Shown here: positions 19,360-29,751 of the stretch, piece by piece
Layout: each line of letters opens with the position of its first letter
Numbering within the stretch: the first letter of the stretch is position 1
From: Thermodesulfobacteriota bacterium
Lineage (GTDB): Bacteria > Desulfobacterota_D > UBA1144 > Nemesobacterales > JAJCZQ01
Assembly (NCBI GenBank): GCA_965203965.1
Contig: CBDBDR010000017.1
Coordinates: forward strand, 32,001 to 96,000
Direction: 5' to 3'
DNA length: 64,000 nucleotides
Notes under the pieces: generated by a model
What the model was told of the DNA's origin: nothing
Databases searched by the model: none
Seen by the model: only the letters and a program-made list of their open reading frames with translations
Made by a program: the position numbers and the translations under genes

Positions 19360-19805
19360 AACTCACGGTTTATTTTTATTTTCCGTCCTCCTTTTACCCT
19401 TATAAAAAAATCGTTTCCTTCTTGCTCCAAATGCTTCATCAGTTCATAGTAAGCAGGACTTAAGAACCTTCCTTTATACTTGTTATTTTTCACCATTGTA
19501 TAAAGAACGTTGCCGTTGTTTATCCAAGTGTTTTCTAACTGTATCTCTTCCGTTGTTTCGTCATTGAGTGTTGCGTAGAATCCATCATCTTTTTTATTTA
19601 CCATTTTAACAACAAAAGGAGTGTCCTCTACTTCCACGTAAACTCTTCCAAATCCGTCGTCCACGAAAAATCTTTCTTCTACGTCAATATCAAGATTCCT
19701 GTTGTTTTCCAAATATGTCCACCTGTGAGTGATCTTGATACCGTCCTGAAACCAATTTCCTTTCTTGTCTATGAATATCCTGGCTTTGTTCTTTTTTGCG
19801 TTCAT
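19356..19805 (-). CDS. DUF1285-like protein
   Basis: IFIDKKGNWFQDG...VEVEDTPFVV...AYYEL pattern. Confidence 0.7.
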   Translation of the reverse strand: MNAKKNKARIFIDKKGNWFQDGIKITHRWTYLENNRNLDIDVEERFFVDDGFGRVYVEVEDTPFVVKMVNKKDDGFYATLNDETTEEIQLENTWINNGNVLYTMVKNNKYKGRFLSPAYYELMKHLEQEGNDFFIRVKGGRKIKINREF

Positions 19806-19927
19806 AGGTTCAGTTTGATTTTTTTCGCCCTTAGTGCTGGTTTTTCTCCCAGTTAGTGCAAAAATTTATTTTACAGCAATATTAACTATAATATCCGACC
19901 AATTTGTAGTCTCGGGCTTGTTCTGTT

Positions 19928-21025
19928 ATGGAAGACATAATATATCTGCTTGCACTAAAGAATATCAAAGGCGTTGGTGATATATATGCAGCAAGATTAC
20001 TGGAAAGGTTTGAGTCTCCCGGGTCTATTTTTAACTCAGAAGTGAATGAGTTGCTTAAAGTTGATGGGATAAACAAGACGCTCGCAAATTCCATAGTTGG
20101 GTATTCTGATTGGGATAAGAACAGGAAAGAAGCAGATATTATACAGAAAAGAGGAGTCAAAGTTGTCGGATGCCATAATCCTTTATATCCAAAAAATTTA
20201 AAGAACATTTATAACCATCCCTTATTGCTCTACTACGTTGGCGACATAGATAGAAAAGATGATATTGCCATTGGAGTTGTCGGTTCGCGCAACTGTGATG
20301 ATTATGGGATAAAGATCACGGAAAACATTGTAACGAAACTATCTCAGCGGGGTATAACAGTGGTCAGCGGCATGGCAAGAGGAATTGACACCGTAGCACA
20401 CAGATCGGCTCTGAAAGCAGGTGGAAGAACGGCGGCAGTTTTAGGGAGTGGAATTGATGTTTGTTACCCGAGAGAGAACAAGAAATTATTCTCAAAAATA
20501 TCCGAGTGTGGTTACGTGATGTCTGAATTCCCCTTGGGAACGGAACCGGAAGGGGTGAATTTCCCAAAGCGTAATAGGCTGATAAGCGGGCTTTCCCTTG
20601 GAGTTGTTGTTATTCAGGCAAATAGCAACAGTGGTGCATTGATCACGGCAGGCTATGCAATTGAGCAAAACAGAGAGGTGTTTGCAATTCCCGGTAACGT
20701 GGATAACAAAAGGAACAGTGGTGCAAATCAGTTAATTAAAAGAGGTGCCAAATTGGTTGAGGATTTGGATGATATAGTTGAAGAGATCACGGAATTCAAG
20801 ACACTAACAGGTGAAATTGATAAGAAAAAAATAAAAAGATTTGATATTACTAAGGAGGAAAATATCGTGTTTCAACACTTGCTTGAGTCCAAACTGCATG
20901 TTGACCAGATAGCTCATAAAACTGAAATTGACACAGTAAAACTTTTCCCCTTGCTTCTTAGTATGGAGTTGAAAGGAATTATCAGATCATTTCCCGGAAG
21001 CTATTACCAAGCCGTTAATAGTTAG
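19928..21025 (+). CDS. dprA: DNA-processing protein DprA
   Basis: VVGSR, VSGMARGIDT, FPKRNRLISGLS, SGALITA, VFAIPG. Confidence 0.96.
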   Translation: MEDIIYLLALKNIKGVGDIYAARLLERFESPGSIFNSEVNELLKVDGINKTLANSIVGYSDWDKNRKEADIIQKRGVKVVGCHNPLYPKNLKNIYNHPLLLYYVGDIDRKDDIAIGVVGSRNCDDYGIKITENIVTKLSQRGITVVSGMARGIDTVAHRSALKAGGRTAAVLGSGIDVCYPRENKKLFSKISECGYVMSEFPLGTEPEGVNFPKRNRLISGLSLGVVVIQANSNSGALITAGYAIEQNREVFAIPGNVDNKRNSGANQLIKRGAKLVEDLDDIVEEITEFKTLTGEIDKKKIKRFDITKEENIVFQHLLESKLHVDQIAHKTEIDTVKLFPLLLSMELKGIIRSFPGSYYQAVNS

Positions 21026-21184
21026 TAACATAAGATTTATAAGTCTGTGTCAAAGGGAAATTTTGAATAATATTAAGCCAGTAAGACCCAACGCCCTATT
21101 ATGGATCGGACAACGTCGTATGTAATTCCCTAAATTTTCGCTATTGGTTTTGTTTTATTGTATGTATTATTAAAATTTTTTCAG

Positions 21185-22483
21185 ATGAATATTACCGTTA
21201 TAGGAACAGGATACGTTGGACTCGTAACAGGAGCTTGTCTGGCTTCAAGTGGAAATAATGTTATATGTGTGGACATAGATGAGAACAAGGTTGAAGGTCT
21301 GCTTAGTGGAGTAGTGCCGTTCTATGAGCCCGGGCTTGAAGAAATAGTAAAAACCAACCTGTCAGAGGGTAGGCTCAATTTTACAACCGACGTTCAAACC
21401 GCGATAGAGAATTCCTACATAATATTCATTGCCGTTGGAACACCTCAATATAAGAATGGAGCTGCGGACCTCAATTACGTATGGGGGGTTGCTGAAAGTG
21501 TTGGTAAATACATCAACGGCTACAAGGTCGTTGTAACCAAGAGCACAGTTCCCGTGGGAACAACGGAAAAAGTGAGAGACATAATCAGATCCCTTACGGA
21601 GGCTGAATTTGACGTTGCTTCAAATCCAGAGTTTTTAAAAGAGGGTGCAGCGGTTGAAGATTTTTTAAAACCAGAAAGGGTTGTTATCGGGGTTGAAAGT
21701 GAAAAAGCAGGGGAGATACTGAGGGAACTTTATTTGCCGTTTATGAGGTCATCGGATAGAACCAAGACGGTTTCGATCAGGTCTTCTGAAATGTCAAAAT
21801 ACGCCTCCAATGCAATGCTTGCCACCCGTATATCCTTTATGAATGAAATGGCAGATCTGTGTGAGGTGGCAGGTGTGAACGTATCGGACGTAAGGTCTAT
21901 AATGGGTTCAGATAAGAGGATAGGCAGACATTTTCTGTTCCCAGGTCTCGGCTATGGAGGGTCTTGTTTTCCCAAAGACGTGAAGGCATTGATGAATACG
22001 GCAGAGCAGTTTGGTTATGAACTTGAGATATGCAAAGCAGTTGACAAGATCAATCAGCAACAGAGGGTGTGGTTCTTCAATAAGATATTGAAATACTACG
22101 AGGATGATCTGAAGGGTAAAACCTTTGGTATGTGGGGCTTGTCTTTTAAGCCTAACACAGATGATACAAGGGAGTCTCCTGCTTTGTTCTTGGTTGACAA
22201 ACTACTCGATAATGGAGCGTACGTTATAGTACACGACCCCGCGGCGATCAGCAACGTCAGGAACATCTATGGAGATAAAATAGGCTATGTTAACTCAAAC
22301 TATGATGCTTGTAAGGGGGTTGACGCCGTGATCGTCAGCACCGAATGGAGTGAATACAGACAGCCTGATTTCATCCGGATCGCCAAATTGGTTAAAGGTC
22401 GGGTTATTTTTGACGGACGCAATCTATATGACAGAGAAAAATTAGAGAGTTTGGGGTTTGATTATTTTGCCGTTGGGATTTAA
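21185..22483 (+). CDS. ugd: UDP-glucose 6-dehydrogenase
   Basis: GTGYVG, KSTVPVGT, SNPEFLKEG, GYGGSCFPKD; start moved to ATG 21185. Confidence 0.93.
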   Translation: MNITVIGTGYVGLVTGACLASSGNNVICVDIDENKVEGLLSGVVPFYEPGLEEIVKTNLSEGRLNFTTDVQTAIENSYIIFIAVGTPQYKNGAADLNYVWGVAESVGKYINGYKVVVTKSTVPVGTTEKVRDIIRSLTEAEFDVASNPEFLKEGAAVEDFLKPERVVIGVESEKAGEILRELYLPFMRSSDRTKTVSIRSSEMSKYASNAMLATRISFMNEMADLCEVAGVNVSDVRSIMGSDKRIGRHFLFPGLGYGGSCFPKDVKALMNTAEQFGYELEICKAVDKINQQQRVWFFNKILKYYEDDLKGKTFGMWGLSFKPNTDDTRESPALFLVDKLLDNGAYVIVHDPAAISNVRNIYGDKIGYVNSNYDACKGVDAVIVSTEWSEYRQPDFIRIAKLVKGRVIFDGRNLYDREKLESLGFDYFAVGI

Positions 22484-22528
22484 CCGATGGAGAACTGATC
22501 AATCCAAGTAAATCTTCCGAGGAGATAC

Positions 22529-23497
22529 ATGCTTATAGTAGTAACGGGATGTGCCGGATTTATAGGGTCAAGGGTTTGCGGTCTGTTAATTAAAAAAGGC
22601 AATAGGGTTGTAGGAATTGATAATTTAAACGATGCCTATGACGTTAAACTCAAGCAATACAGATTGGGTCTGCTAAAAGCCAACAAAAATTTTATCTTTC
22701 ACAAAATAGACATTACCAATATGCACAACCTAAAAGCCTGCCTTCGCAAATATGACGTTATTGATGCGATCCTGAATCTCGCAGCCCGTGCGGGGGTTAG
22801 AAAAAGCATTGATATTCCTGCTGAATATTACCTTACCAACGTTATAGGCGTTCTTAACTTACTTGAGATCAGCAAAGATATTAACGTGTTGAAATTTGTT
22901 CAGGCTTCCACCTCTAGTGTTTACGGTGAGAACCAGACCCCCTTCCGTGAGGATCAGAATACGGATATTACAATTTCACCTTATGCGGCTTCAAAAAAAG
23001 CCGCTGAAAATTTGTGCTATACCTATCATAAACTCTACAATATTGATATTTCTGTGCTCAGGTATTTCACCGTCTATGGTCCCGCGGGCAGACCCGATAT
23101 GGTTCCCTTCAGGCTTGTAAGATGGATAGCACAAGGTGAGAACGTGATTGTTTACGGGGATGGAAGTCAGGAAAGAGATTTTACTTATGTTGACGACATA
23201 GCCAAAGGTACGGTTTCTGCAATAAAGAAAGTGGGTTTTGAAATAATGAACCTTGGTAATGACAGACCTGTTAAATTATCCGAACTGATAAGTCTAATTG
23301 AGTTAAAACTGGAGAAAAAAGCTCGTATAGTTGAGCATAAACCACATATAACCGATGTTTCTGCAACTTGGGCGGATATATCAAGGTCAAAGAAAATACT
23401 TGGTTGGAAACCTGAAGTTGACGTTGAAAAAGGGCTTGATCTGGTTATTGACTGGTATAAAAAAAACACGGAACTCGCCAACAGTATAGAGTTGTGA
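22529..23497 (+). CDS. NAD-dependent nucleotide-sugar epimerase (UDP-glucuronate 4-epimerase-like)
   Basis: TGCAGFIG, LAARAGVR, YAASK, YFTVYGPAGRPDM, RDFTY. Confidence 0.9.
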   Translation: MLIVVTGCAGFIGSRVCGLLIKKGNRVVGIDNLNDAYDVKLKQYRLGLLKANKNFIFHKIDITNMHNLKACLRKYDVIDAILNLAARAGVRKSIDIPAEYYLTNVIGVLNLLEISKDINVLKFVQASTSSVYGENQTPFREDQNTDITISPYAASKKAAENLCYTYHKLYNIDISVLRYFTVYGPAGRPDMVPFRLVRWIAQGENVIVYGDGSQERDFTYVDDIAKGTVSAIKKVGFEIMNLGNDRPVKLSELISLIELKLEKKARIVEHKPHITDVSATWADISRSKKILGWKPEVDVEKGLDLVIDWYKKNTELANSIEL

Positions 23498-23627
23498 TGT
23501 TTTTCTCGTGACTATAAGTGGAGTGGAGATAAATAGTTGCCTATTTGGAAATCATTGTTATTTTAAGTTGTTTATCTTTAGGATTATACTCATTAAAATT
23601 AAAATTTGTGCAAAGATCGGAGGACAA

Positions 23628-25856
23628 ATGACAAAATCTTTGGTAATTGTTGAGTCACCCTCAAAAGCCCGTACAATAAGCAGATACCTTGGGAAAAATT
23701 ATCAGGTGGAAGCTTCAGTGGGTCACGTTGTTGACCTGTCCGATAAAACCCACAATAAGATGGGTGTTGACATAGAGAATGATTTTCAGCCGGACTACGA
23801 AGTTATAAAAGGCAAAAGTAAGGTTTTAAATGCTCTTCGTAAGTCTGCCGTGAAAAAAGATAGAGTGTACCTTGCAACCGATCCAGACAGGGAAGGGGAA
23901 GCCATAGCATGGCATATTTCCGATCAATTAGATCTGGGTGAGAAGGCACGACGCGTTCTAATATGGGAAATAACGAGGGAGGGCGTTCTTGAGACATTCA
24001 AAAATTCCGGGAAGTTAAACAGAGCAAAATTTGAAGCCCAGCAGGCGAGGCGAATTCTGGACAGGATAGTTGGTTACAAAATAAGTCCCCTTTTATGGAA
24101 AAAGATAGGAGGTAGGCTCAGTGCAGGAAGGGTTCAAAGTGTTGCTCTTGGGTTTGTAGTTAGCAGGGAGCGGGAAATAGAGGCATTTAAGCCACGCGAA
24201 TACTGGAAGTTGCAAGCACGTCTGCTAACTCAGAAAAATGAATCTTTTTCCTCTTATTTGAAAAGTTTTGGGAATTATAAGGATGAACTTCCGACCGGTG
24301 ATCATACCACGGAGATAGTAGATGCTTTGAAAAATGAGCAATTCCAGGTTGTAGAAGTTGAAAAGAAAAAACAGACCCGTAAGGTTCCATCTCCTTTTAT
24401 CACAAGCACGCTTCAGCGTGAGTCATCAACCAAACTCGGATTTTCAGTTAAAAAAACAATGAACCTGGCACAAAAACTCTATGAAGGCGTTGAACTTGGA
24501 AATCAGGGACCGGTTGGGCTTATAACCTATATGAGAACGGATTCCACTCGTCTTTCTTCACGTGCTGTTGAGGAAGCCCGCAAGTTCATTGAGAACAGAT
24601 GGGGGAAAGATCACCTTCCCTCCAAGCCTCCCGTTCAGAAGATAAAAAAAGATGCCCAGGATGCCCATGAAGCTATAAGAGTGACCTCGGTGGAGAGAAT
24701 CCCGCAAGACGTCTCCAAATTCCTGGAAAAAGATCAGGCAAAACTTTACGAACTGATATGGAGAAGATTTATTGCTTCCCAAATGAGTGCTGCAATTGAT
24801 GAGCGGACAACCGTGAATATAAAGGCTGGTGAAGGGATTTTTCGTGCAGTTGGCACGGTTCCTGTTTTTCCGGGATGGAGAGAAGTCATTCCATTGCCTA
24901 AATCTGATGAAAAAGAAAATGAAACAGTTCTTCCATTGCTTGTGGAAGGTGAAGACGTGAGTTGTGAGGAGTTAATACCATCACAGCATTTTACAAAGCC
25001 ACCACCTCGCTACAACGAGGCATCGTTGGTAAAAGAACTTGAGGAAAAAGGCATCGGAAGACCTTCAACTTATGCTTCAATACTTTCCACTATACAGGAA
25101 AGGGAATACGTGAAAGCGGAGAAAAAGGCACTTTTTCCAACACCCCTCGGAATTTCCGTGAATGATTGTCTTGTGAAAAATTTCCCCAATATAATGGATG
25201 AGACCTTTACTGCATCGGTTGAAGAAAATCTTGACAAGGTTGAGCAGGGAAATGAAAAGTGGAGCAGTTTGCTGAGCAATTTTTATTTTGATGAGGAAAA
25301 GGGATTAAAAAGGCGACTGGAAGCTGCGGAAAAATCCTTGAACTTAATAGAAAGAACAGATATTTCTTGTGATAAATGTGGCAAGCCCATGGTAATCAAG
25401 CAAAGACGCCGAGGTAGGGGAGAGTTCCTATCCTGTTCCGGTTATCCAGAGTGTAAAAACGCATCTGATTTTGAGAGAGATGGGGGTGTTATTAAACTGA
25501 AAAAAACCCCAGAGCCGCAGTCTACCGGTATTAAGTGTGAAAAATGCGGTGAAGAGATGATCATAAGGACTCGCCGTCGTGATGGGGTAGAATTTCTTGC
25601 CTGTTCAGCCTATCCAAAATGTAAAAACGCATCTGATTTTGAGAGAGACGGGGGTGTTATTAAACTGAAGAAAGCCCCAGAGCCGCAGTCTACCGGTATT
25701 AAGTGTGAAAAATGCGGTGAAGAGATGATCATAAGGACTCGCCGTCGTGATGGGGTAGAATTTCTTGCCTGTTCAGCTTATCCAAAATGTAAAAATGCCG
25801 CTAACTTTGAGAGAGACGGAAACGTTATCAAACTAAATAAGCCGCGTGCTTCTTAA
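23628..25856 (+). CDS. topA: DNA topoisomerase I with three C-terminal zinc ribbons
   Basis: LVIVESP, ATDPDREGE, SAGRVQS, ITYMRTDS, GIGRPST; ATG 23628 follows ggagga RBS. Confidence 0.97.
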   Translation: MTKSLVIVESPSKARTISRYLGKNYQVEASVGHVVDLSDKTHNKMGVDIENDFQPDYEVIKGKSKVLNALRKSAVKKDRVYLATDPDREGEAIAWHISDQLDLGEKARRVLIWEITREGVLETFKNSGKLNRAKFEAQQARRILDRIVGYKISPLLWKKIGGRLSAGRVQSVALGFVVSREREIEAFKPREYWKLQARLLTQKNESFSSYLKSFGNYKDELPTGDHTTEIVDALKNEQFQVVEVEKKKQTRKVPSPFITSTLQRESSTKLGFSVKKTMNLAQKLYEGVELGNQGPVGLITYMRTDSTRLSSRAVEEARKFIENRWGKDHLPSKPPVQKIKKDAQDAHEAIRVTSVERIPQDVSKFLEKDQAKLYELIWRRFIASQMSAAIDERTTVNIKAGEGIFRAVGTVPVFPGWREVIPLPKSDEKENETVLPLLVEGEDVSCEELIPSQHFTKPPPRYNEASLVKELEEKGIGRPSTYASILSTIQEREYVKAEKKALFPTPLGISVNDCLVKNFPNIMDETFTASVEENLDKVEQGNEKWSSLLSNFYFDEEKGLKRRLEAAEKSLNLIERTDISCDKCGKPMVIKQRRRGRGEFLSCSGYPECKNASDFERDGGVIKLKKTPEPQSTGIKCEKCGEEMIIRTRRRDGVEFLACSAYPKCKNASDFERDGGVIKLKKAPEPQSTGIKCEKCGEEMIIRTRRRDGVEFLACSAYPKCKNAANFERDGNVIKLNKPRAS
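25443..25778 (+). repeat. 168-bp near-identical tandem duplication in topA
   Basis: Copies at 25443-25610 and 25611-25778 with about 6 mismatches by eye; partial diverged third copy from 25779. Confidence 0.95.
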
Positions 25857-25975
25857 AAAATTTTCAGTCTGTTCGGTCAACTAATCAACAATATGAAGTA
25901 GGACAAATTCTTAACCCGGTAAGCGTAGATCAGAAGCTTCTGTTTATTTCAATTACCTTGTAAAATTAGGTCCCT

Positions 25976-28456
25976 ATGCCGGACGGTGTTACTACACAGC
26001 TTGACAAATTGGAAAAACCACTGACCTTTGCATCAGGGAATAATTTTTTAAACCTTTCCAGGATTAGGGATATGGAGGCAATAGTGTCTGATATTGTCCT
26101 GAACCTGACGTCGGGTGAAAAGGATCCCGCGATCAGAAATCACCTGCAAAACATAAGAGAAAATTTTAAGGGTTTTGATCTGCTTGAGCAGGAAGCTAAA
26201 AAGCAAGTTATTAGCAATGCGTTAAAAACGTTATCCCGAATGAGATCATTTAACAAAGAAAAAGATAATGTTCCAGGCTTGGTTACGCCTCAATATTGTG
26301 AAGAACGTTCCGGTCTTTCAGGGGTTGAATGTGGAATACGATACTTGAGGGGAGTTGGTGCCAGAATTGCGAGTGTTTTAGCGAAACGAGGGGTTACAAC
26401 GGTTGAAGACTTACTATTTTACTTCCCAAGGAAGTATGAAGACAGGAGAAACGTTCAGCCTATTTTGTCAGTCAAACACAACCATAAATGTATTGTAATT
26501 GGAGTTGTCTTATCAGCAAGACAGATCCGTGCAAGAAAGGGTGGTTTTTTTTATAAAGTTACGATTGCCGATGACACGGGAAAACTTGACCTGATCTGGT
26601 TTAGAGCCAATAGAAGATATATTCAGAACACTTATAGGAAAGGTGTAAAAGTAGTCGTTAGTGGTGAGGTTACGATCGATCGTTATGGTCATTCCCCAAA
26701 GATAATACATCCAAAACCTCAGGATATGGAAATTATAGAAGAGGGGTGGGAGGTTGAGGATCAAACTCATTTTAACAGGATCGTTCCCATATATCCTTTA
26801 ATGGAAGGGTTAGCGCAACGTAGAATAAGATCAATAATTAAAATGGTAATACAAGAATACGCGAGCCGTCTTACCTATTCAGTTCCCGAAAAACTTGTGA
26901 GTAAATTCTCATTGCTTAATTTGCCCGAAGCAATCATAGAGGCTCATTTTCCTGATAAGTTTGAAAAGGTCGTTGATCTTGATGACCCGGGACAGGTCGC
27001 GGGCTCTCTACCTCATAAGACCATAATCTTTTTTGAATTTCTCATGCTTCAGCTTGGGCTTGGACTTAAAAAGCGGAGTATCGTAAAGAAAAAAGGAGTT
27101 TCTTTCAAAAATAACGGGGAAATAGCCAGTCAATTTATAAACAGTTTGCCATTTGGTCTGACAGTTGCCCAGCTCAAAGTGATAGAAGAAATAAAGAATG
27201 ATATGAATTCGGAAACACCAATGAACAGGCTTGTTCAGGGAGACGTTGGGAGTGGTAAGACCATTGTGTCAATAGTATCAATGCTTATTGCGGTGGAGAG
27301 TGGCTATCAATCCGTTCTAATGGCGCCTACGGAGATATTGTGTGAGCAGCATTACAGGTCAATAGTTAATTATCTTAGTGATTTTGATATAAATATTGTT
27401 TTGCTGAAAAGTGCCTTGAACGTTGCTGAAAAACGAAGGGTCATTCAATCTATCAAAAGCGGTGAGTCGCAAATTGTGGTTGGCACACACGCTTTAATAG
27501 AAGATGGAGTTGAGTTCAGCAAGTTGGGACTTGTAGTTATTGATGAGCAACACAGGTTCGGGGTTATGCAGAGAGCAAAATTAATGGATAAAGCCGACAA
27601 TCCAGACGTTCTTGTACTAACTGCAACGCCGATACCAAGAACACTTGCTATTACGGTTTATGGTGATCTGGACACCTCTTTTATTGATGAATTACCCGCG
27701 GGTAGGAAAAAAGTCACAACCCTTCATTACAGGGATAGTGAGAGTAGCAGGTCTGAGCTATACGGACTACTTGAATCTGAATTGAGAGACGGACGACAGG
27801 GATACGTTATATGTCCTTTCATTAATGAATCAGATAATCCGGAACTCAAGCACGTTAAATATATGGGAAGTGTTTACGATGATCTAAAAAGTAATATTTC
27901 TCCCAAATTTGACATTGGTTTGTTGCATGGACAGATGGATTCAGATGAGAAAGAAGAGGTTATGAAGAAATTTTTAGACAATGAGTTCAATATACTGGTT
28001 TCAACCACAGTGATTGAGGTAGGGGTTGACGTGCCAAATGCAACGTTCATGGTAATTGAGAACGCCGAGCGTTACGGTTTGTCGCAACTGCATCAGCTAA
28101 GGGGAAGAATAGGGAGGGCTGAACTGAAATCATTTTGTGTATTGATCTCAAGTAGTTTTGTATCCGAAGACGCTGAAAAGAAGTTGAATATAATGACCGA
28201 AACCTATGATGGTTTTAAGATTGCAGAGACAGATCTACAAATGAGGGGGCCGGGTGATTTCCTCGGGACAAAGCAGTCCGGAATACCGCAATTCAGATTG
28301 GCAAATTTAGTGAGAGACTGGCAACTGCTAAACAAGGCAAGAGATGCAGCCTTTGAACTGCTTGCCGAGGACCCTAATTTGGATAAGTATGATGAACTGA
28401 AAAGATACGTTAAATCCAGATGGGAGAACGTCCTCGGATTTAGGTTAATATCTTGA
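25976..28456 (+). CDS. recG: ATP-dependent DNA helicase RecG (N-terminally extended)
   Basis: QGDVGSGKT, DEQHRFG, TATPIPRT, QLHQLRGRIGR, RGPGDFLGTKQSG. Confidence 0.96.
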   Translation: MPDGVTTQLDKLEKPLTFASGNNFLNLSRIRDMEAIVSDIVLNLTSGEKDPAIRNHLQNIRENFKGFDLLEQEAKKQVISNALKTLSRMRSFNKEKDNVPGLVTPQYCEERSGLSGVECGIRYLRGVGARIASVLAKRGVTTVEDLLFYFPRKYEDRRNVQPILSVKHNHKCIVIGVVLSARQIRARKGGFFYKVTIADDTGKLDLIWFRANRRYIQNTYRKGVKVVVSGEVTIDRYGHSPKIIHPKPQDMEIIEEGWEVEDQTHFNRIVPIYPLMEGLAQRRIRSIIKMVIQEYASRLTYSVPEKLVSKFSLLNLPEAIIEAHFPDKFEKVVDLDDPGQVAGSLPHKTIIFFEFLMLQLGLGLKKRSIVKKKGVSFKNNGEIASQFINSLPFGLTVAQLKVIEEIKNDMNSETPMNRLVQGDVGSGKTIVSIVSMLIAVESGYQSVLMAPTEILCEQHYRSIVNYLSDFDINIVLLKSALNVAEKRRVIQSIKSGESQIVVGTHALIEDGVEFSKLGLVVIDEQHRFGVMQRAKLMDKADNPDVLVLTATPIPRTLAITVYGDLDTSFIDELPAGRKKVTTLHYRDSESSRSELYGLLESELRDGRQGYVICPFINESDNPELKHVKYMGSVYDDLKSNISPKFDIGLLHGQMDSDEKEEVMKKFLDNEFNILVSTTVIEVGVDVPNATFMVIENAERYGLSQLHQLRGRIGRAELKSFCVLISSSFVSEDAEKKLNIMTETYDGFKIAETDLQMRGPGDFLGTKQSGIPQFRLANLVRDWQLLNKARDAAFELLAEDPNLDKYDELKRYVKSRWENVLGFRLIS

Positions 28457-28505
28457 CTTTGTTTTTTAGTTGGATTCCAAGACGTGTTTGTTAAAAACCT
28501 TTGTA

Positions 28506-29735
28506 TTACCCTTCAATAAGCAGTGATTCTGGATCTTCTATCAAATCTTTTATTTTTACAAGAAATTGTACAGCTTCCTTACCGTCCACGATCCTATGGT
28601 CGTAGCTTAGTGCGGTATACATCATAGGTCTGATAATTATTTCACCGTCTTCCACAATGGGTCTTTCTGCTATTTTATGCAGTCCCAAAATACCAACTTG
28701 TGGCGGGTTGATAATGGGTGTGCTCATAAGTGAGCCAAAAACCCCACCGTTGGTTATTGAAAATGTACCGCCCATCAGATCGTCAAGTGATAACTTTCCT
28801 TCATTTGATTTAACCGCAAATTCTTTTATTCCTTTTTCTATTTCTGCAAGACTTTTCCTGTCTGCGTCCCGTAATACCGGGACAACGAGTCCTTCATCTG
28901 CACCGATTGCAATGCCAATGTCGTAGTAGTTTTTATATACTATAGTATCATTTTGAACTTCTGCATTTAACTGAGGGAACTCCTTCAGTGCCGCTATACA
29001 TGCTTTTACAAAAAAGCATGAAAATCCCATGCTGACGCCGTACTTCTCTTTAAATTCTTCTTTTTTTCGTTTCCTCAGTTCCATTACTTTGTGCATGTCA
29101 ACTTCATTAAAAGTTGAAAGTATCGCTGCAGTTTGCTGAGCTTCCTTGAGCCGTCTTGCGATTGTTCTGCGGCGACGAGACATCTTCACCTTGTTTTCAC
29201 GATTTGAGTTGATCTTTGAAAGTGAAGGGAACAGTTCTGAAAAATTCGTATGTTCCGACTCCGTATTATTTCTGGATCCGATATATGATTCCACGTCTTC
29301 CTTTGTGATTTTATTACCCGTGCCTGTTGCTTCAACGTCGGATAGATCAATCTTATTTTGTTTCGCTATATTTTTTGCCACAGGGGTTGCTCTAACCTCA
29401 AGTTTTTCTCTTTTTACGTTTGTTATCTCTGCGCTTTGTGGGGTATGGGTATCTTTTACGGTTTTTTCAGGGTTGCTTTTGCCGATGGCTTGTTCATCTG
29501 AAGGTTCAATCTGTCCCAGTGTATCTCCTACTTTAACGTCCTCTTCGGCTTTTTTCGAAATTTTAGACAGTAAGCCACTGATTTGGGCTGCAACCTCAAA
29601 ATTAGCCTTCTCTGTTTCAAGCTCAACAACAGTCTCTCCGAGCTTTACATAGTCCCCTTCCTGCTTTACCCATCTTATGATCGTTGCTTCTATGACGGAA
29701 TCACCAAGTTCTGGAACAGTTATGTTGGTAGCCAT
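28506..29735 (-). CDS. sucB: 2-oxoglutarate dehydrogenase E2 (dihydrolipoamide succinyltransferase)
   Basis: Lipoyl domain ELETEKA, subunit-binding domain, YDHRIVDG. Confidence 0.96.
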   Translation of the reverse strand: MATNITVPELGDSVIEATIIRWVKQEGDYVKLGETVVELETEKANFEVAAQISGLLSKISKKAEEDVKVGDTLGQIEPSDEQAIGKSNPEKTVKDTHTPQSAEITNVKREKLEVRATPVAKNIAKQNKIDLSDVEATGTGNKITKEDVESYIGSRNNTESEHTNFSELFPSLSKINSNRENKVKMSRRRRTIARRLKEAQQTAAILSTFNEVDMHKVMELRKRKKEEFKEKYGVSMGFSCFFVKACIAALKEFPQLNAEVQNDTIVYKNYYDIGIAIGADEGLVVPVLRDADRKSLAEIEKGIKEFAVKSNEGKLSLDDLMGGTFSITNGGVFGSLMSTPIINPPQVGILGLHKIAERPIVEDGEIIIRPMMYTALSYDHRIVDGKEAVQFLVKIKDLIEDPESLLIEG

Positions 29736-29751
29736 TTTTTCCTCTCTTATA

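Noticed and set aside
25443..25778. topA or GT2 repeats as diversity-generating retroelement template/variable pairs
   Set aside because: Both copies are in-frame coding domains and no reverse transcriptase is present in the window.
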